From Patescibacteria group bacterium (GTDB lineage Bacteria; Patescibacteriota; Minisyncoccia; Minisyncoccales; GWA2-38-27), in NCBI GenBank assembly GCA_020148045.1, contig JAHCRG010000007.1:22914-86913 (forward strand): 64,000 nucleotides of DNA, given 5' to 3'. Positions 18,613 to 27,688 of the stretch are shown one piece after another. A program made the translations under genes and the position numbers. The notes below the pieces were generated by a model. It had not been told where the DNA came from and did not search any database. It worked only from the letters and a program-made list of their open reading frames with translations. Numbering within the stretch: the first letter of the stretch is position 1; each line of letters starts with the position of its first letter.

Positions 18613-20117
18613 TTTTCAGTATTAAATATAGGATTTTTAAGCCCTTTTGCTATTTTCTTCATTGTAAAATAGGAATAACGAATATAATATCTTCTCCGGG
18701 AAATATCCAGCCGGTCCTTTGCCAGCATGGTAAACGGGGCCTCGATGATTGACGGACTAAATAAAGGCAAGAATAGATACAGCCTTTTCTCAATAAACCA
18801 ATTGTATATTCCCGGGGGCAAAAAATGTAAAATAAGCAACAACCAATGAAATCTAATTTTATTTTTCGGGTGAACTTTGTTCTGCAGCGTGTTAGCTGCC
18901 TTGCATGGGTTCTCTTCCAAAACATCAATAAGTTCATTGGTTAAAGCTCTTTCTCTAATTCCTGCTTTAATAATTGGGGTGCCGGGAAAATATATTAACC
19001 AAAAAACACAAATCCTATTTGGCCTATTCTCATTATAGAATTTTGCCATTTCTACCAAATCATTCTCGGTCTCCTGAGGTAAGCCGATGATATTATCTAC
19101 CACGCAGCGAATTTTGAATTTTCTGCACAGATGTATCACTTCTCTTACCTGATTGTTGTCTTCTTCTCTGTTGAGAATCTTCTTTCTTAAAACCTGGCTT
19201 GTGCTCTGGACCCCCAGGCATAATTGGTAACATTTGATATTTTTCAAATATTTCATTACATTTTCATTGATGGTGCCTGGCGAACCAAAACAATATGACG
19301 GTATGTCTATATATTTTTTATATTGATTAGAAAATTCTTTCAACCACTGCTCATTGCATGTAAAGAGGTCATCGTTTATCCGCAGGCGTTTAAAATTATA
19401 TCTTTTTTTTGCCTCTTTTAACTCTTGAATAACATTTTGCACGCTTCTGAAGCGTATTTTCTTCTGGCCGGGATAAAGCTTCTGCCATACGCTATTGTGG
19501 CAATAGGAACAGCTATTTACGCAACCCCGGCGCGTTATCGCTGTATAACCATTCCTGTATCGAGGGATTACCTCATAGTATAATTCTTTATCGGGGAAAG
19601 GCAGTGTATCCAGGTCATCAATATAAGGCCTTAGGGGATTCCTGATGATTTCGCCATCATGTCTAAACCAGATATTTCTAATTGAATAATCTACCTTTTT
19701 CTTTCGAAAGCTATTTGCCAGGTCCAGAAGCGGGTATTCTCCCTCCCCAATAATTACGGAGTCTACGCAACTGTTTTTCAACACCTTCTCAGGCACAGAT
19801 GTAGGATGAATACCGCCAAAAGTAATGTGCGCGGGGGGAAGATGTTCCTTTAGCTGTTGAGCTAATCTTAACGCCCAAATATATTCAGAACTAACTACAG
19901 AGAACGCCACGATATCGGGGCAATAGTCTATGATTTGCTTTATGAGAAATTTCTCATAATTAAAGACTTTATCTAAATATTTAATGCTAATAAACGGATC
20001 GTTAAACAATTTAGGATCGAATGCTAAACGGGTAAAATGGCCATGCGATTTTAAAACTGCTGATAAATATTCAATGCCTAAGTTCTCAAAAGCGCCATAA
20101 ACGAACATTAGTTTCAT
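18579..20117 (-). CDS. B12-binding-domain radical SAM enzyme (class B)
   Basis: 512 aa with the N-terminal domain VAFSVVSSEY...TFGGIHPT...IIGEGE and ITRRGCVNSCSYCHNS. Confidence 0.8.
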   Translation of the reverse strand: MKLMFVYGAFENLGIEYLSAVLKSHGHFTRLAFDPKLFNDPFISIKYLDKVFNYEKFLIKQIIDYCPDIVAFSVVSSEYIWALRLAQQLKEHLPPAHITFGGIHPTSVPEKVLKNSCVDSVIIGEGEYPLLDLANSFRKKKVDYSIRNIWFRHDGEIIRNPLRPYIDDLDTLPFPDKELYYEVIPRYRNGYTAITRRGCVNSCSYCHNSVWQKLYPGQKKIRFRSVQNVIQELKEAKKRYNFKRLRINDDLFTCNEQWLKEFSNQYKKYIDIPSYCFGSPGTINENVMKYLKNIKCYQLCLGVQSTSQVLRKKILNREEDNNQVREVIHLCRKFKIRCVVDNIIGLPQETENDLVEMAKFYNENRPNRICVFWLIYFPGTPIIKAGIRERALTNELIDVLEENPCKAANTLQNKVHPKNKIRFHWLLLILHFLPPGIYNWFIEKRLYLFLPLFSPSIIEAPFTMLAKDRLDISRRRYYIRYSYFTMKKIAKGLKNPIFNTEKWISGQNVKAH

Positions 20118-20126
20118 ATTAACTTC

Positions 20127-21560
20127 TCAATCTAATTTTATATCGCTTTTCACTGTCCACAGCCCAATAGCAGACCTGAAATATCTCTTACATTCATCGA
20201 AGGATTTTATGCCAAAAATAATTTTTGCTAAACGGGAAGGCCTGAAATAAAATTTACGATACGCTTTAATTGTATAATGTTCGATTTCCTTCTCAGAAAC
20301 ATCTGTCCAGGGTGTCGGAAGACGCTCTTCGCCCGCTATTCCCAGAATATGCTCTCTCCAGTAGTCTCTATTTGTAATTCTTTTTACCTCATCATACAAA
20401 ATTGTTGTTGGCTTAGCCACAGTTTTGTGAAATTGTGCATAGTCCAAATTCAATTTCGAGGCGAAATTAATAGTATCTTTTATGGTCTCTATAGTATCGC
20501 CCGGCGCGCCTATAAGGAAAAAACCGAGAGTTAATATGCCTTTTTGTTTAGTCAGGTTAGCAATCTTCCTAATGTACTCTAAGGTTATGCCCTTGCTTAC
20601 ATTATCCAAAATATTTTGATTCCCACATTCTATTCCATAATAGATTCTACTGCAACCTGCGCTTTTCATCTCATTCAATAATTCTTCATCTATTTGATCG
20701 GCTCTTGCTCTACAAGCCCAAGACAGACCAATTCTTTTTTTTCTTATAGCTTTACAGATCTCAATTACTCGCCTTTTATCAAAGGTAAAAATGGGGTCGA
20801 AAAATTCTATCTCGCGTATATTGAATTTTCTAAAACACTGCTCAATTTCATCAACAACGCCCTCTGCCTTTCTGGCAGAATAAGGTATGTTTTTCACATG
20901 ACAGAATCCACACTTGCTTGGACAACCTTTAGAAGTAATCATTATCGTGAAGTTTTTTCTTTTAGACATAACTGTGTAATACTTATGATTAGGCAATAGC
21001 TGCCTGGCGGGAAAAGGTAAGGTATCAAAATCTTCTTTTAATGTGTCGGGAGAGTTAATAAAAACCTCTCCCTCACGCTTATAACAAACCCCTTTAATCT
21101 CACTAATATCTGCTTTATGCTTTAAAGCGTCTAATAAATGTGGTAAGGACTTTTGGGCTGAACCAATAATGCCATAATCTATTTCTTTATGCGACATTAC
21201 CTCTTTAGGGTAAAGCTCCAATAAAATATTTCCTACTATCATTGGTAAATTTGTAGTCTCTTTTAAGGACTTTATCCATCCCAATGTCTGGCGAAACATA
21301 TATACCGTAAGCATAAAACCCAGCATATCCGGTTTAAAACTATTAATCTGCTGTAAAACTTTTTGTTTTGACAATCGGGGGCGGCAATTAGCGTCGATTA
21401 TTATTACTTCGTGCCCTGCTCTTTGAGCAATAGCAGCAGCATACGCTAAACCCAAAGGCGGAGGCTGTGTAAACTCCCGGCTTACAACATCTATATCTTC
21501 TTCAAACCTCTTGTGGTCAAAAGGAGGAAAAATAAAGGCAATTTTCATAATTTTAATCAA
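20127..21560 (-). CDS. B12-binding-domain radical SAM enzyme (class B)
   Basis: 477 aa with LGLAYAAAIAQRAGHEVIIIDAN and ITSKGCPSKCGFCHVK. Confidence 0.8.
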   Translation of the reverse strand: MIKIMKIAFIFPPFDHKRFEEDIDVVSREFTQPPPLGLAYAAAIAQRAGHEVIIIDANCRPRLSKQKVLQQINSFKPDMLGFMLTVYMFRQTLGWIKSLKETTNLPMIVGNILLELYPKEVMSHKEIDYGIIGSAQKSLPHLLDALKHKADISEIKGVCYKREGEVFINSPDTLKEDFDTLPFPARQLLPNHKYYTVMSKRKNFTIMITSKGCPSKCGFCHVKNIPYSARKAEGVVDEIEQCFRKFNIREIEFFDPIFTFDKRRVIEICKAIRKKRIGLSWACRARADQIDEELLNEMKSAGCSRIYYGIECGNQNILDNVSKGITLEYIRKIANLTKQKGILTLGFFLIGAPGDTIETIKDTINFASKLNLDYAQFHKTVAKPTTILYDEVKRITNRDYWREHILGIAGEERLPTPWTDVSEKEIEHYTIKAYRKFYFRPSRLAKIIFGIKSFDECKRYFRSAIGLWTVKSDIKLD

Positions 21561-23149
21561 TTATCATACCATTTTGGTCTTTTTAAACGCATAAAACCCG
21601 TAATTCCCTTATATTTCTTTCTTCTTAAGATAATATCTCTAATCTCTAAAAGCATCATCTTTATAGTATTTCTAAAAAACCACCAATAAAGCCCCCGTTT
21701 GTGTTTGTAGCGAGAAAAAAGGCCCCTGACTAGCCAATGAGGACGATACAAGACATATCTCTTATTAAGTTCCATATTCAAATTAGCGAAATCCTCTCCG
21801 GATAAACCGGTGGAAGAACGCATTACGGGAGTAGACCAATCATACTTTGTGAAATCCTTTTCTTCCAAGAGATTCTTTTGTTTGGCTTCTTGATGAAGGT
21901 AAGTACCTGGAACAGGGGCAACAGGATGGAAGGCAGGGTAATCAATATCTATCTCCACGGCATACTTTACTAAATTCAACATAGATTCTTTGGTATCAAA
22001 AGGTAAACAAGTAACGAAAGTCCCTTGTCTAAAGACCTGGGGATATTTCTTTTTAAAGATTAAGAAAACCTCTTTTACTAATTCGCGAGTATAAACAGAT
22101 TTCTTGATTTTTCTAAGGTCTTCACTGCAGTCCCTTTCTACCCCGATTAAAGGATGAACCAATCCTGCTTTGACCATCTTTTCTAAAATTCCCGCGCGTT
22201 CGTCTCTTAAAACAAAGTCGGCGCGTAAAAATGCCCACCAATATAGATCTTTATAATTTCTCTTCAGGAGTCTTTCGCAAAATTCGTCCGACCACTCGGG
22301 GTCCACATTAAAGGTAGGATCAGCCCAGATTATATATCGCCTATTATATTTCTGATAAACAATATCTATTTCCTCCAACATCCTATCCACACTCTTACTT
22401 CTATATTTCGGATTTACTTCCAAATTTCCTTTTTCTATATCTACTTTGACTTGCCTGCCCCAGAATGTCCAGAGAGAACAAAAATTACATCTATCTATAC
22501 ATCCCCGAGAATGTTCCAGAGTAGCGCTTTGCGGCCAAAGATAGCCGAATGGAGAATACTCCCCCATTGGCATAAGGTCATAAGCCGGTAAAGGCAATGT
22601 GTCTAAGTCTTCAATTAAAGCTCGTAAAGGAGTTCTAATTATCTGTCCGTTACTTTTATAAGCTATTCCTTTTATTTCAGATAAGTCTGCTTTATTCCTG
22701 AGCGCATCGATTAATTCTACTATTGTCTGCTCTCCTTCAAACCTTGCAATGATATCAATTGGAAAGTTAGTTAAACTATAATCGACCATCCAGGAAAAGA
22801 AGTGGCCGCCGGCAACTGTAATTGCTTCCGGGTTTACGTCTTTGGCCAACTTAAATAACCTTACTGCCTCATGATGGTAAAGTGCTTCTTCCCCAGCTCC
22901 TACTATATCTGGTTTCTCTTTTTGCAATATTTTCTTTAAGTTTTCCCACCCTATTTTCAACGGCGGGCAATCAATAATCTTTACTTCTACCTCAGGCAAT
23001 TTTGCTCTTATGGCTGCGGCAATACAGGGTAACCCCAGGGGTAAAAGGAAATTATCGGATTCATTTATAAAAGGCCAGAGATACCTCGGAGGCCTTACTA
23101 AGAGTATTTTTTGCATATTTTTCTCCTTTTCTTTTCCCTCGTGTGGCAT
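21557..23149 (-). CDS. B12-binding-domain radical SAM enzyme (class B)
   Basis: 530 aa as in the ORF track. The likely true start is MQKILLVRPP at 23116. It has EHSRGCIDRCNFCSLW and overlaps the 3' end of the upstream gene. Confidence 0.8.
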   Translation of the reverse strand: MPHEGKEKEKNMQKILLVRPPRYLWPFINESDNFLLPLGLPCIAAAIRAKLPEVEVKIIDCPPLKIGWENLKKILQKEKPDIVGAGEEALYHHEAVRLFKLAKDVNPEAITVAGGHFFSWMVDYSLTNFPIDIIARFEGEQTIVELIDALRNKADLSEIKGIAYKSNGQIIRTPLRALIEDLDTLPLPAYDLMPMGEYSPFGYLWPQSATLEHSRGCIDRCNFCSLWTFWGRQVKVDIEKGNLEVNPKYRSKSVDRMLEEIDIVYQKYNRRYIIWADPTFNVDPEWSDEFCERLLKRNYKDLYWWAFLRADFVLRDERAGILEKMVKAGLVHPLIGVERDCSEDLRKIKKSVYTRELVKEVFLIFKKKYPQVFRQGTFVTCLPFDTKESMLNLVKYAVEIDIDYPAFHPVAPVPGTYLHQEAKQKNLLEEKDFTKYDWSTPVMRSSTGLSGEDFANLNMELNKRYVLYRPHWLVRGLFSRYKHKRGLYWWFFRNTIKMMLLEIRDIILRRKKYKGITGFMRLKRPKWYDN

Positions 23150-24572
23150 AGTATTCTGGAATAAGCACCTTATCTAAAAGTTGAGGATCTTTTTTAGACA
23201 TCTCAGAAATCATTGCTATCATAAGTTTTGTCTTATAACGAAATAATTCGCAATAATAAGGATTTGGTTCTCTTAAATTTTTATTTGCGAAATAATTTAA
23301 GTTGTAACAAGAACCGCAACCCCTACAAATCCTTCTTGCCCAACATTTGTTGCAGGCATCACTTGAAGAAATTTTGATAGCTGTAAAGTTTTTTAGTTTT
23401 TTCTCATTTATCCCATTATTTACTGTTCCTATTCTACACTCTGGAATTCCTATAAAGGCAGTGCAAGGATATAAACTTCCATCCATATCAACTGCAATAA
23501 GACTGAAACCCGCAGAACAAGTTCCTACAACTGACTGAATATGATATAAGCGGCTTAGCTGTTTAAAGAAACGATTAAAATAGGTATTCTCATAAGCCAA
23601 GCTTCCTTTAATAATCTCTTGGGTGTAAAAAATAGCTAAATTGTAGTAAAGGGATTTAAGCTTCCGTAGTCCATCCGGACCAGAAAAGAAAAACTGATTA
23701 TTTGATTCTAATCCATAACCGGCTTTCTCACTTTCACAAACCTCTATACGCTCAAATCCTAAACCGCGTAAAAATTTAAATGTACTTATAATTTTGGTAT
23801 AATAAGGAGTGAACGTTGCCCTTCCCACTATGCGCCTTCTATACTTCCCTTTAAGAGAATTTATATTATCTATTATTACCTCAAAAGAACCTCTGCCATC
23901 AGGAAAAGGGCGCTGAACATCCTGAATCTTCTTTGAACCATCAAGACTCACAGCAATATCCACCCCATTTTCAATTAAAAATTTAGCCCTTTCTTCAGTA
24001 AGCAGCGTTCCATTAGTAGCAAGCAAGAAACGGAAGTTAATCTTCTTTTTCTTCTGAATCTTTCTACAATATTCAACAGTTTCTCTAATAAGGTTGAAAT
24101 TTAAAAGAGGTTCGCCTCCATAAAAATCTACTACTAAATCTTTAGCACCTTTTGACTCCTTGATTAATAGATTTACTGCTTTAAATGCAACTTTTTCCTC
24201 CATTTTTTGTTTGCCTGTGAAAAAACCGCCATAGGCACCACTTTGATTCCAACAATAGCGGCAACGTAGATTACAGTTATTTACAATATTTAATGTAACA
24301 TCGGTTATCTTCCTTTCAATATCTCTATCATTCTTTACCTGCACTGGTGAAAAAAGGATTCTTTTTTTCTTTAATTTGGATAAATTCCTGATAGCCACAG
24401 CGACAGATTCATATTCATATTTCCCGCTGAGTCGATGCATTACTTCTCTTTCAGGATAGCGATGCAATAGAGTAATAGCTTCTGCAGCAATCTTATCTAC
24501 TTCAAAAAAATTACCGCTCCCGATATCTACAGCAAAGCTTTTACCCCACATTTTAAATTGGTAAACTTGCAT
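23061..24572 (-). CDS. radical SAM/SPASM maturase-like enzyme (anSME / SCIFF-maturase-like architecture) with N-terminal RRE-like domain
   Basis: 503 aa with IVNNCNLRCRYCWNQ and the canonical SPASM tail CSAGFSLIAVDMDGSLYPC...CNKCWARRICRGCGSC. The N-terminal ~90 aa (FAVDIGSGNFFEVDKIAAEAITLL) resemble the peptide-recognition lead of peptide maturases. Confidence 0.75.
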   Translation of the reverse strand: MQVYQFKMWGKSFAVDIGSGNFFEVDKIAAEAITLLHRYPEREVMHRLSGKYEYESVAVAIRNLSKLKKKRILFSPVQVKNDRDIERKITDVTLNIVNNCNLRCRYCWNQSGAYGGFFTGKQKMEEKVAFKAVNLLIKESKGAKDLVVDFYGGEPLLNFNLIRETVEYCRKIQKKKKINFRFLLATNGTLLTEERAKFLIENGVDIAVSLDGSKKIQDVQRPFPDGRGSFEVIIDNINSLKGKYRRRIVGRATFTPYYTKIISTFKFLRGLGFERIEVCESEKAGYGLESNNQFFFSGPDGLRKLKSLYYNLAIFYTQEIIKGSLAYENTYFNRFFKQLSRLYHIQSVVGTCSAGFSLIAVDMDGSLYPCTAFIGIPECRIGTVNNGINEKKLKNFTAIKISSSDACNKCWARRICRGCGSCYNLNYFANKNLREPNPYYCELFRYKTKLMIAMISEMSKKDPQLLDKVLIPEYYATRGKRKGEKYAKNTLSKASEVSLAFYK

Positions 24573-24697
24573 TTTATTTGTCCTTTTTAATCAAGAAAAT
24601 CGCTGCGTCAACAGCACCTGCGGTTCGCGATAACTCTAATACGATTTTCGCAGTGGTATCTGATGTTTTTATACTTTCCTATACCATAAAGAAGATG
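24573..24697 (-). promoter_or_regulatory. conserved 5' leader/promoter-operator motif, copy A
   Basis: The minus-strand core ATGGTATAGGAAAGTATAAAAACATCAGATACCACTGCGAAAATCG (24687..24642) is near-identical to 52135..52093. It has inverted arms TGGTAT/ATACCA around TATAAA. A second stem pairs GAAAATCG (24649..24642) with CGATTTTC (24602..24595). Confidence 0.5.
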
Positions 24698-24737
24698 TTT
24701 CACGGGGGGAGTGCCGGTAGGCATTCCCCCCGTGAAA
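24698..24737 (-). terminator. very stable GC-rich hairpin (intrinsic terminator/attenuator candidate)
   Basis: A perfect 13-bp stem, TTTCACGGGGGGA / TCCCCCCGTGAAA (24737..24725 with 24710..24698), is extended by TGCC/GGCA around a UACC loop. On the minus strand it is followed by CAUCUUCUUUAU. Confidence 0.5.
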
Positions 24738-24744
24738 GAAAACC

Positions 24745-24825
24745 TTACCAAAGCACCCGACCACAACGACAGAAAGCTGCACGATACTTACGTGTGCTTT
24801 TGCGCCTGTTTAGTAATCGAACCAC
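24745..24825 (-). CDS. candidate micro-ORF (26 aa, very basic, CxC)
   Basis: AAAGGAGG lies 7 nt upstream of the GTG at 24825. The translation is MVRLLNRRKSTRKYRAAFCRCGRVLW*. It sits in a locally GC-rich stretch between GT2 and the hairpin. No homology is recognised. Confidence 0.2.
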   Translation of the reverse strand: MVRLLNRRKSTRKYRAAFCRCGRVLW

Positions 24826-24843
24826 AGCCACGCCTCCTTTCCC

Positions 24844-25521
24844 TCATTTTAGAATCCTATACTTTAATAGGGTAAATATGGCTATAAAACCGTCGAACCA
24901 ACGAATCTTCTTTCCTTCTTTCCTGCTTCGTGGTTGATAGATAACAGGTATCTCTTTAATCCGACACCCTCTCTTCAGTAATTTAGCGGTTATCTCAACC
25001 TCAAACTCAAATCCTTGCGAATCAAAGCCTATATCGCTAATAATTTCCCTCCTAAATAGTTTAGTTGGCGTCTCCACATCCGTTAGCTTGGAAAGAAATA
25101 ATATATTTGTAAACCATGTAACCAATTTGTTCCCCGCCAGCATCAATATTGGGAATTTATTCCTTTTGTATAAGAACCGTGAACCATAAACTACTTCTGC
25201 TTGTTCTTCTTCTGCCGTCTTTAGAACTCTTAATATTTCTTTAGGCGCGACCTCCAAATCAGCATCTTGAATAACGAGATATTCTCCTCTCGCATGAGAA
25301 ATAGCTGCTCTAATAGCAGCTCCTTTGCCTTTATTTTTCTTAAAATAAATCTTTTTAACAAAAGAGGGAACCTTTTTATTTTTTATTATCTCATCGGTGC
25401 CATCAACAGAGCCATCATCGATTACTATAATTTCCTTGTCAATGGGTAATTCTGCTGTTTCATTTATAACTTTCTTTATGCTGTTCTTTTCATTATATGC
25501 GGGGATGATAATAGAAACCAT
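24844..25521 (-). CDS. GT2 glycosyltransferase, polyprenyl-phosphate sugar synthase-like (DPM1/GtrB-like)
   Basis: 225 aa with VSIIIPAYNE, VIDDGSVDGT and VIQDADLE. Confidence 0.75.
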   Translation of the reverse strand: MVSIIIPAYNEKNSIKKVINETAELPIDKEIIVIDDGSVDGTDEIIKNKKVPSFVKKIYFKKNKGKGAAIRAAISHARGEYLVIQDADLEVAPKEILRVLKTAEEEQAEVVYGSRFLYKRNKFPILMLAGNKLVTWFTNILFLSKLTDVETPTKLFRREIISDIGFDSQGFEFEVEITAKLLKRGCRIKEIPVIYQPRSRKEGKKIRWFDGFIAIFTLLKYRILK

Positions 25522-26358
25522 TTATTTTAAGGCTTTTATCGTACCTCTATTAGTAAGAACTAGATAAAGTAATCGAGGTAAGTCATAAAATAATAAAGGA
25601 AATACTCTTTTCGAATAATTCTTAAGACCTTCATTTTTTATTATGGAATAATAGCGGTTGCGAAAGCAAAGATACTGTCTTACCTTTTTGGATGTACCTG
25701 AGCTATTGCCATAATGATAGCAAATAGCCTCCGGGCAAAATAGGGCTTTCCAGCCTTTTCTTTGCGCACGCCAGGCTAAATCCACATCTTCAACTAAAAA
25801 GAAAAACCTTTCATCAAAGTAGCCTGTATCTTCTTTTATATCTTGGAGCATCTGCTTTTTATAAAGTGCGCAAGCTGTGCAGGCACCAAAAATATATTTA
25901 GATTTGTCAAATCGTCCACAATTCTTTTTTCCCTTCCCAATATCGTAGAATCTTCTCAACCAAGAAAGATATATTCCATAAGAGTAAATTGTTTTTCTAT
26001 CAGAATTTAATATTTTTGGCTGCAGTATACCTATTTCAGGAGAGAGATCCCCGATTGCTTTAAGGACTTTAGAGAAAAAATCTTTTTCTAAAATTACATC
26101 ACAATCTAAGATTAAAATCCATTCGCCTGAGGAGGCTTCAATAGCTTGATTTCTTGCCCCGCAGGCGCCAAAATTTCTTGGATTTTCGATTAAGTTAACT
26201 TCAGGATAGTCTCTTTTAACTAAAGCAACGGTACCGTCTTTTGAGCTATTATCTACAATAATAGCCTCAAAATCTTTGTAATCCTGGTAAAGTAGAGAAT
26301 CTAAGCAGGGTTTGATATATTTTATGCTATTGAAGGTTAAAATTATTATTGAGAGCAA
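25522..26358 (-). CDS. GT2 glycosyltransferase
   Basis: 278 aa with LSIIILTFNS, IIVDNSSKDGT and ILDCDV. Confidence 0.75.
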   Translation of the reverse strand: MLSIIILTFNSIKYIKPCLDSLLYQDYKDFEAIIVDNSSKDGTVALVKRDYPEVNLIENPRNFGACGARNQAIEASSGEWILILDCDVILEKDFFSKVLKAIGDLSPEIGILQPKILNSDRKTIYSYGIYLSWLRRFYDIGKGKKNCGRFDKSKYIFGACTACALYKKQMLQDIKEDTGYFDERFFFLVEDVDLAWRAQRKGWKALFCPEAICYHYGNSSGTSKKVRQYLCFRNRYYSIIKNEGLKNYSKRVFPLLFYDLPRLLYLVLTNRGTIKALK

Positions 26359-27688
26359 GTCTTATCCTTTCTAAATCTCTATTGCTCAACTCTTGCGTCT
26401 TTACAACACACTTATAATTAGCATCATAGTCTGGCCAATGTTCCGAAAGCAGCCTTCCTTTATTCCTGATATATTCGAAATATTCGGTTCCAGGGAATGG
26501 AGTGGCAAAAGAAAACTGCAATGAATCCGGCTGGGAATCTTGAATAAATTTAACCGTCTGCTGGATGGTTTGTTTTGATTCTCCCTGAAGTCCCAGACAA
26601 AAAGTTAGATGCACCTTTATACCCAACTTTTTAGTGAGTCTGATTGCCTGATACGCTTTATCTAAATCCATATTTTTTTTACAAAGATTCACTATATTCT
26701 GGTCTGCCGACTCAATGCCATATTTAATAGCGCATAACCCAGCACAAGACATAGACTCCAAAAGGGTCTCATCCATAAGGTCAGCCCTTGCCATAGCTGC
26801 CCAAGGGATTTCAATCTTTTTCTTTATTATTTCATTACAAATAGCTAAAACATGCTCTCTGTCAATGTTAAATACATCATCGTCAAAATAGACTGCCTTA
26901 AAATTAAATCGCCTAATCAAACATTCCATCTCTTCTACGACAGCTAAAGGGCTTCTTTTGCGGTGTTTATGCTCTCTATACATTGTTTGCGGCCAAAGGC
27001 AATAGCTGCAATGAAACGGGCATCCCCGAGTTGTCCACATCTGCACATTAGGAGAAGGCAGGCTTGCAAAACCATCATTATATTTATAGATCGGGACATC
27101 CTCCCTTTCCGGCCAAGGCAAGCTGTCCAGGTTGTCAATAGAGGGCCTTTCGTTATTAATCCTAACTTCCTCACCCCTGCGATAGGCTAAACCTAATATC
27201 GATTCTAAATCCAAACTGTTTTCTAAACAATTAACCAAATCTAATAGAGTATACTCGTATTCTCCGACTAGTATATAATCGATAACGTCGTATTCTTCGA
27301 GACTTTCCTTAGAGAATACGCTTGCATGAGGGCCGCATATTGCTATGCGGCAGTTGGGTAAAGCGTTATAGATTCTATGAATAGTCCTTAAATCGTTCTT
27401 AAATGAAGGGGTAGAACTCTCCACAACGATAAGTTCTGGTTTAAAAGAATTTAACTTTTCAATCAGGCATTCTTCACCAAGACCCTCGGCAATGGCATCG
27501 ATTAATTTAACCTTTCGGCCTTCTTTTTTCAGGAGCGAGGCAGCATAGGCAAGAAAAAAAGGAAAAGGAATATAATGGATTAGGCCGTCTTTCTCCGGTA
27601 GAGAAGTAAATGGCCATCGTGAACCAGCCCTTACGCCTAAACGCCGGTTCTGTCTCCATGGAAGATTCAATAACGCTATACGCATCAT
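26327..27688 (-). CDS. B12-binding-domain radical SAM enzyme (class B)
   Basis: 453 aa with MRIALLNLPW...RAGSRWP, IVVESSTPS, ICGPHAS and WTTRGCPFHCSYCLWP. Confidence 0.8.
   Translation of the reverse strand: MMRIALLNLPWRQNRRLGVRAGSRWPFTSLPEKDGLIHYIPFPFFLAYAASLLKKEGRKVKLIDAIAEGLGEECLIEKLNSFKPELIVVESSTPSFKNDLRTIHRIYNALPNCRIAICGPHASVFSKESLEEYDVIDYILVGEYEYTLLDLVNCLENSLDLESILGLAYRRGEEVRINNERPSIDNLDSLPWPEREDVPIYKYNDGFASLPSPNVQMWTTRGCPFHCSYCLWPQTMYREHKHRKRSPLAVVEEMECLIRRFNFKAVYFDDDVFNIDREHVLAICNEIIKKKIEIPWAAMARADLMDETLLESMSCAGLCAIKYGIESADQNIVNLCKKNMDLDKAYQAIRLTKKLGIKVHLTFCLGLQGESKQTIQQTVKFIQDSQPDSLQFSFATPFPGTEYFEYIRNKGRLLSEHWPDYDANYKCVVKTQELSNRDLERIRLALNNNFNLQ

Noticed and set aside
24654-24687. 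Possible sigma-54 promoter reading of TGGTATAGG...
   Set aside because: The GG-N10-GC spacing (TGGCAC-N5-TTGC) is not satisfied in either copy. A sigma-70-like -10 flanked by an inverted repeat fits better.
24578-24937. 119-aa plus-strand ORF spanning the GC-rich intergenic region
   Set aside because: It runs antisense through the hairpin, the micro-ORF and the 3' end of the well-supported GT2 gene. It is a low-complexity, Arg/Pro-rich product with no start context, and is most likely a shadow ORF created by the locally high GC.
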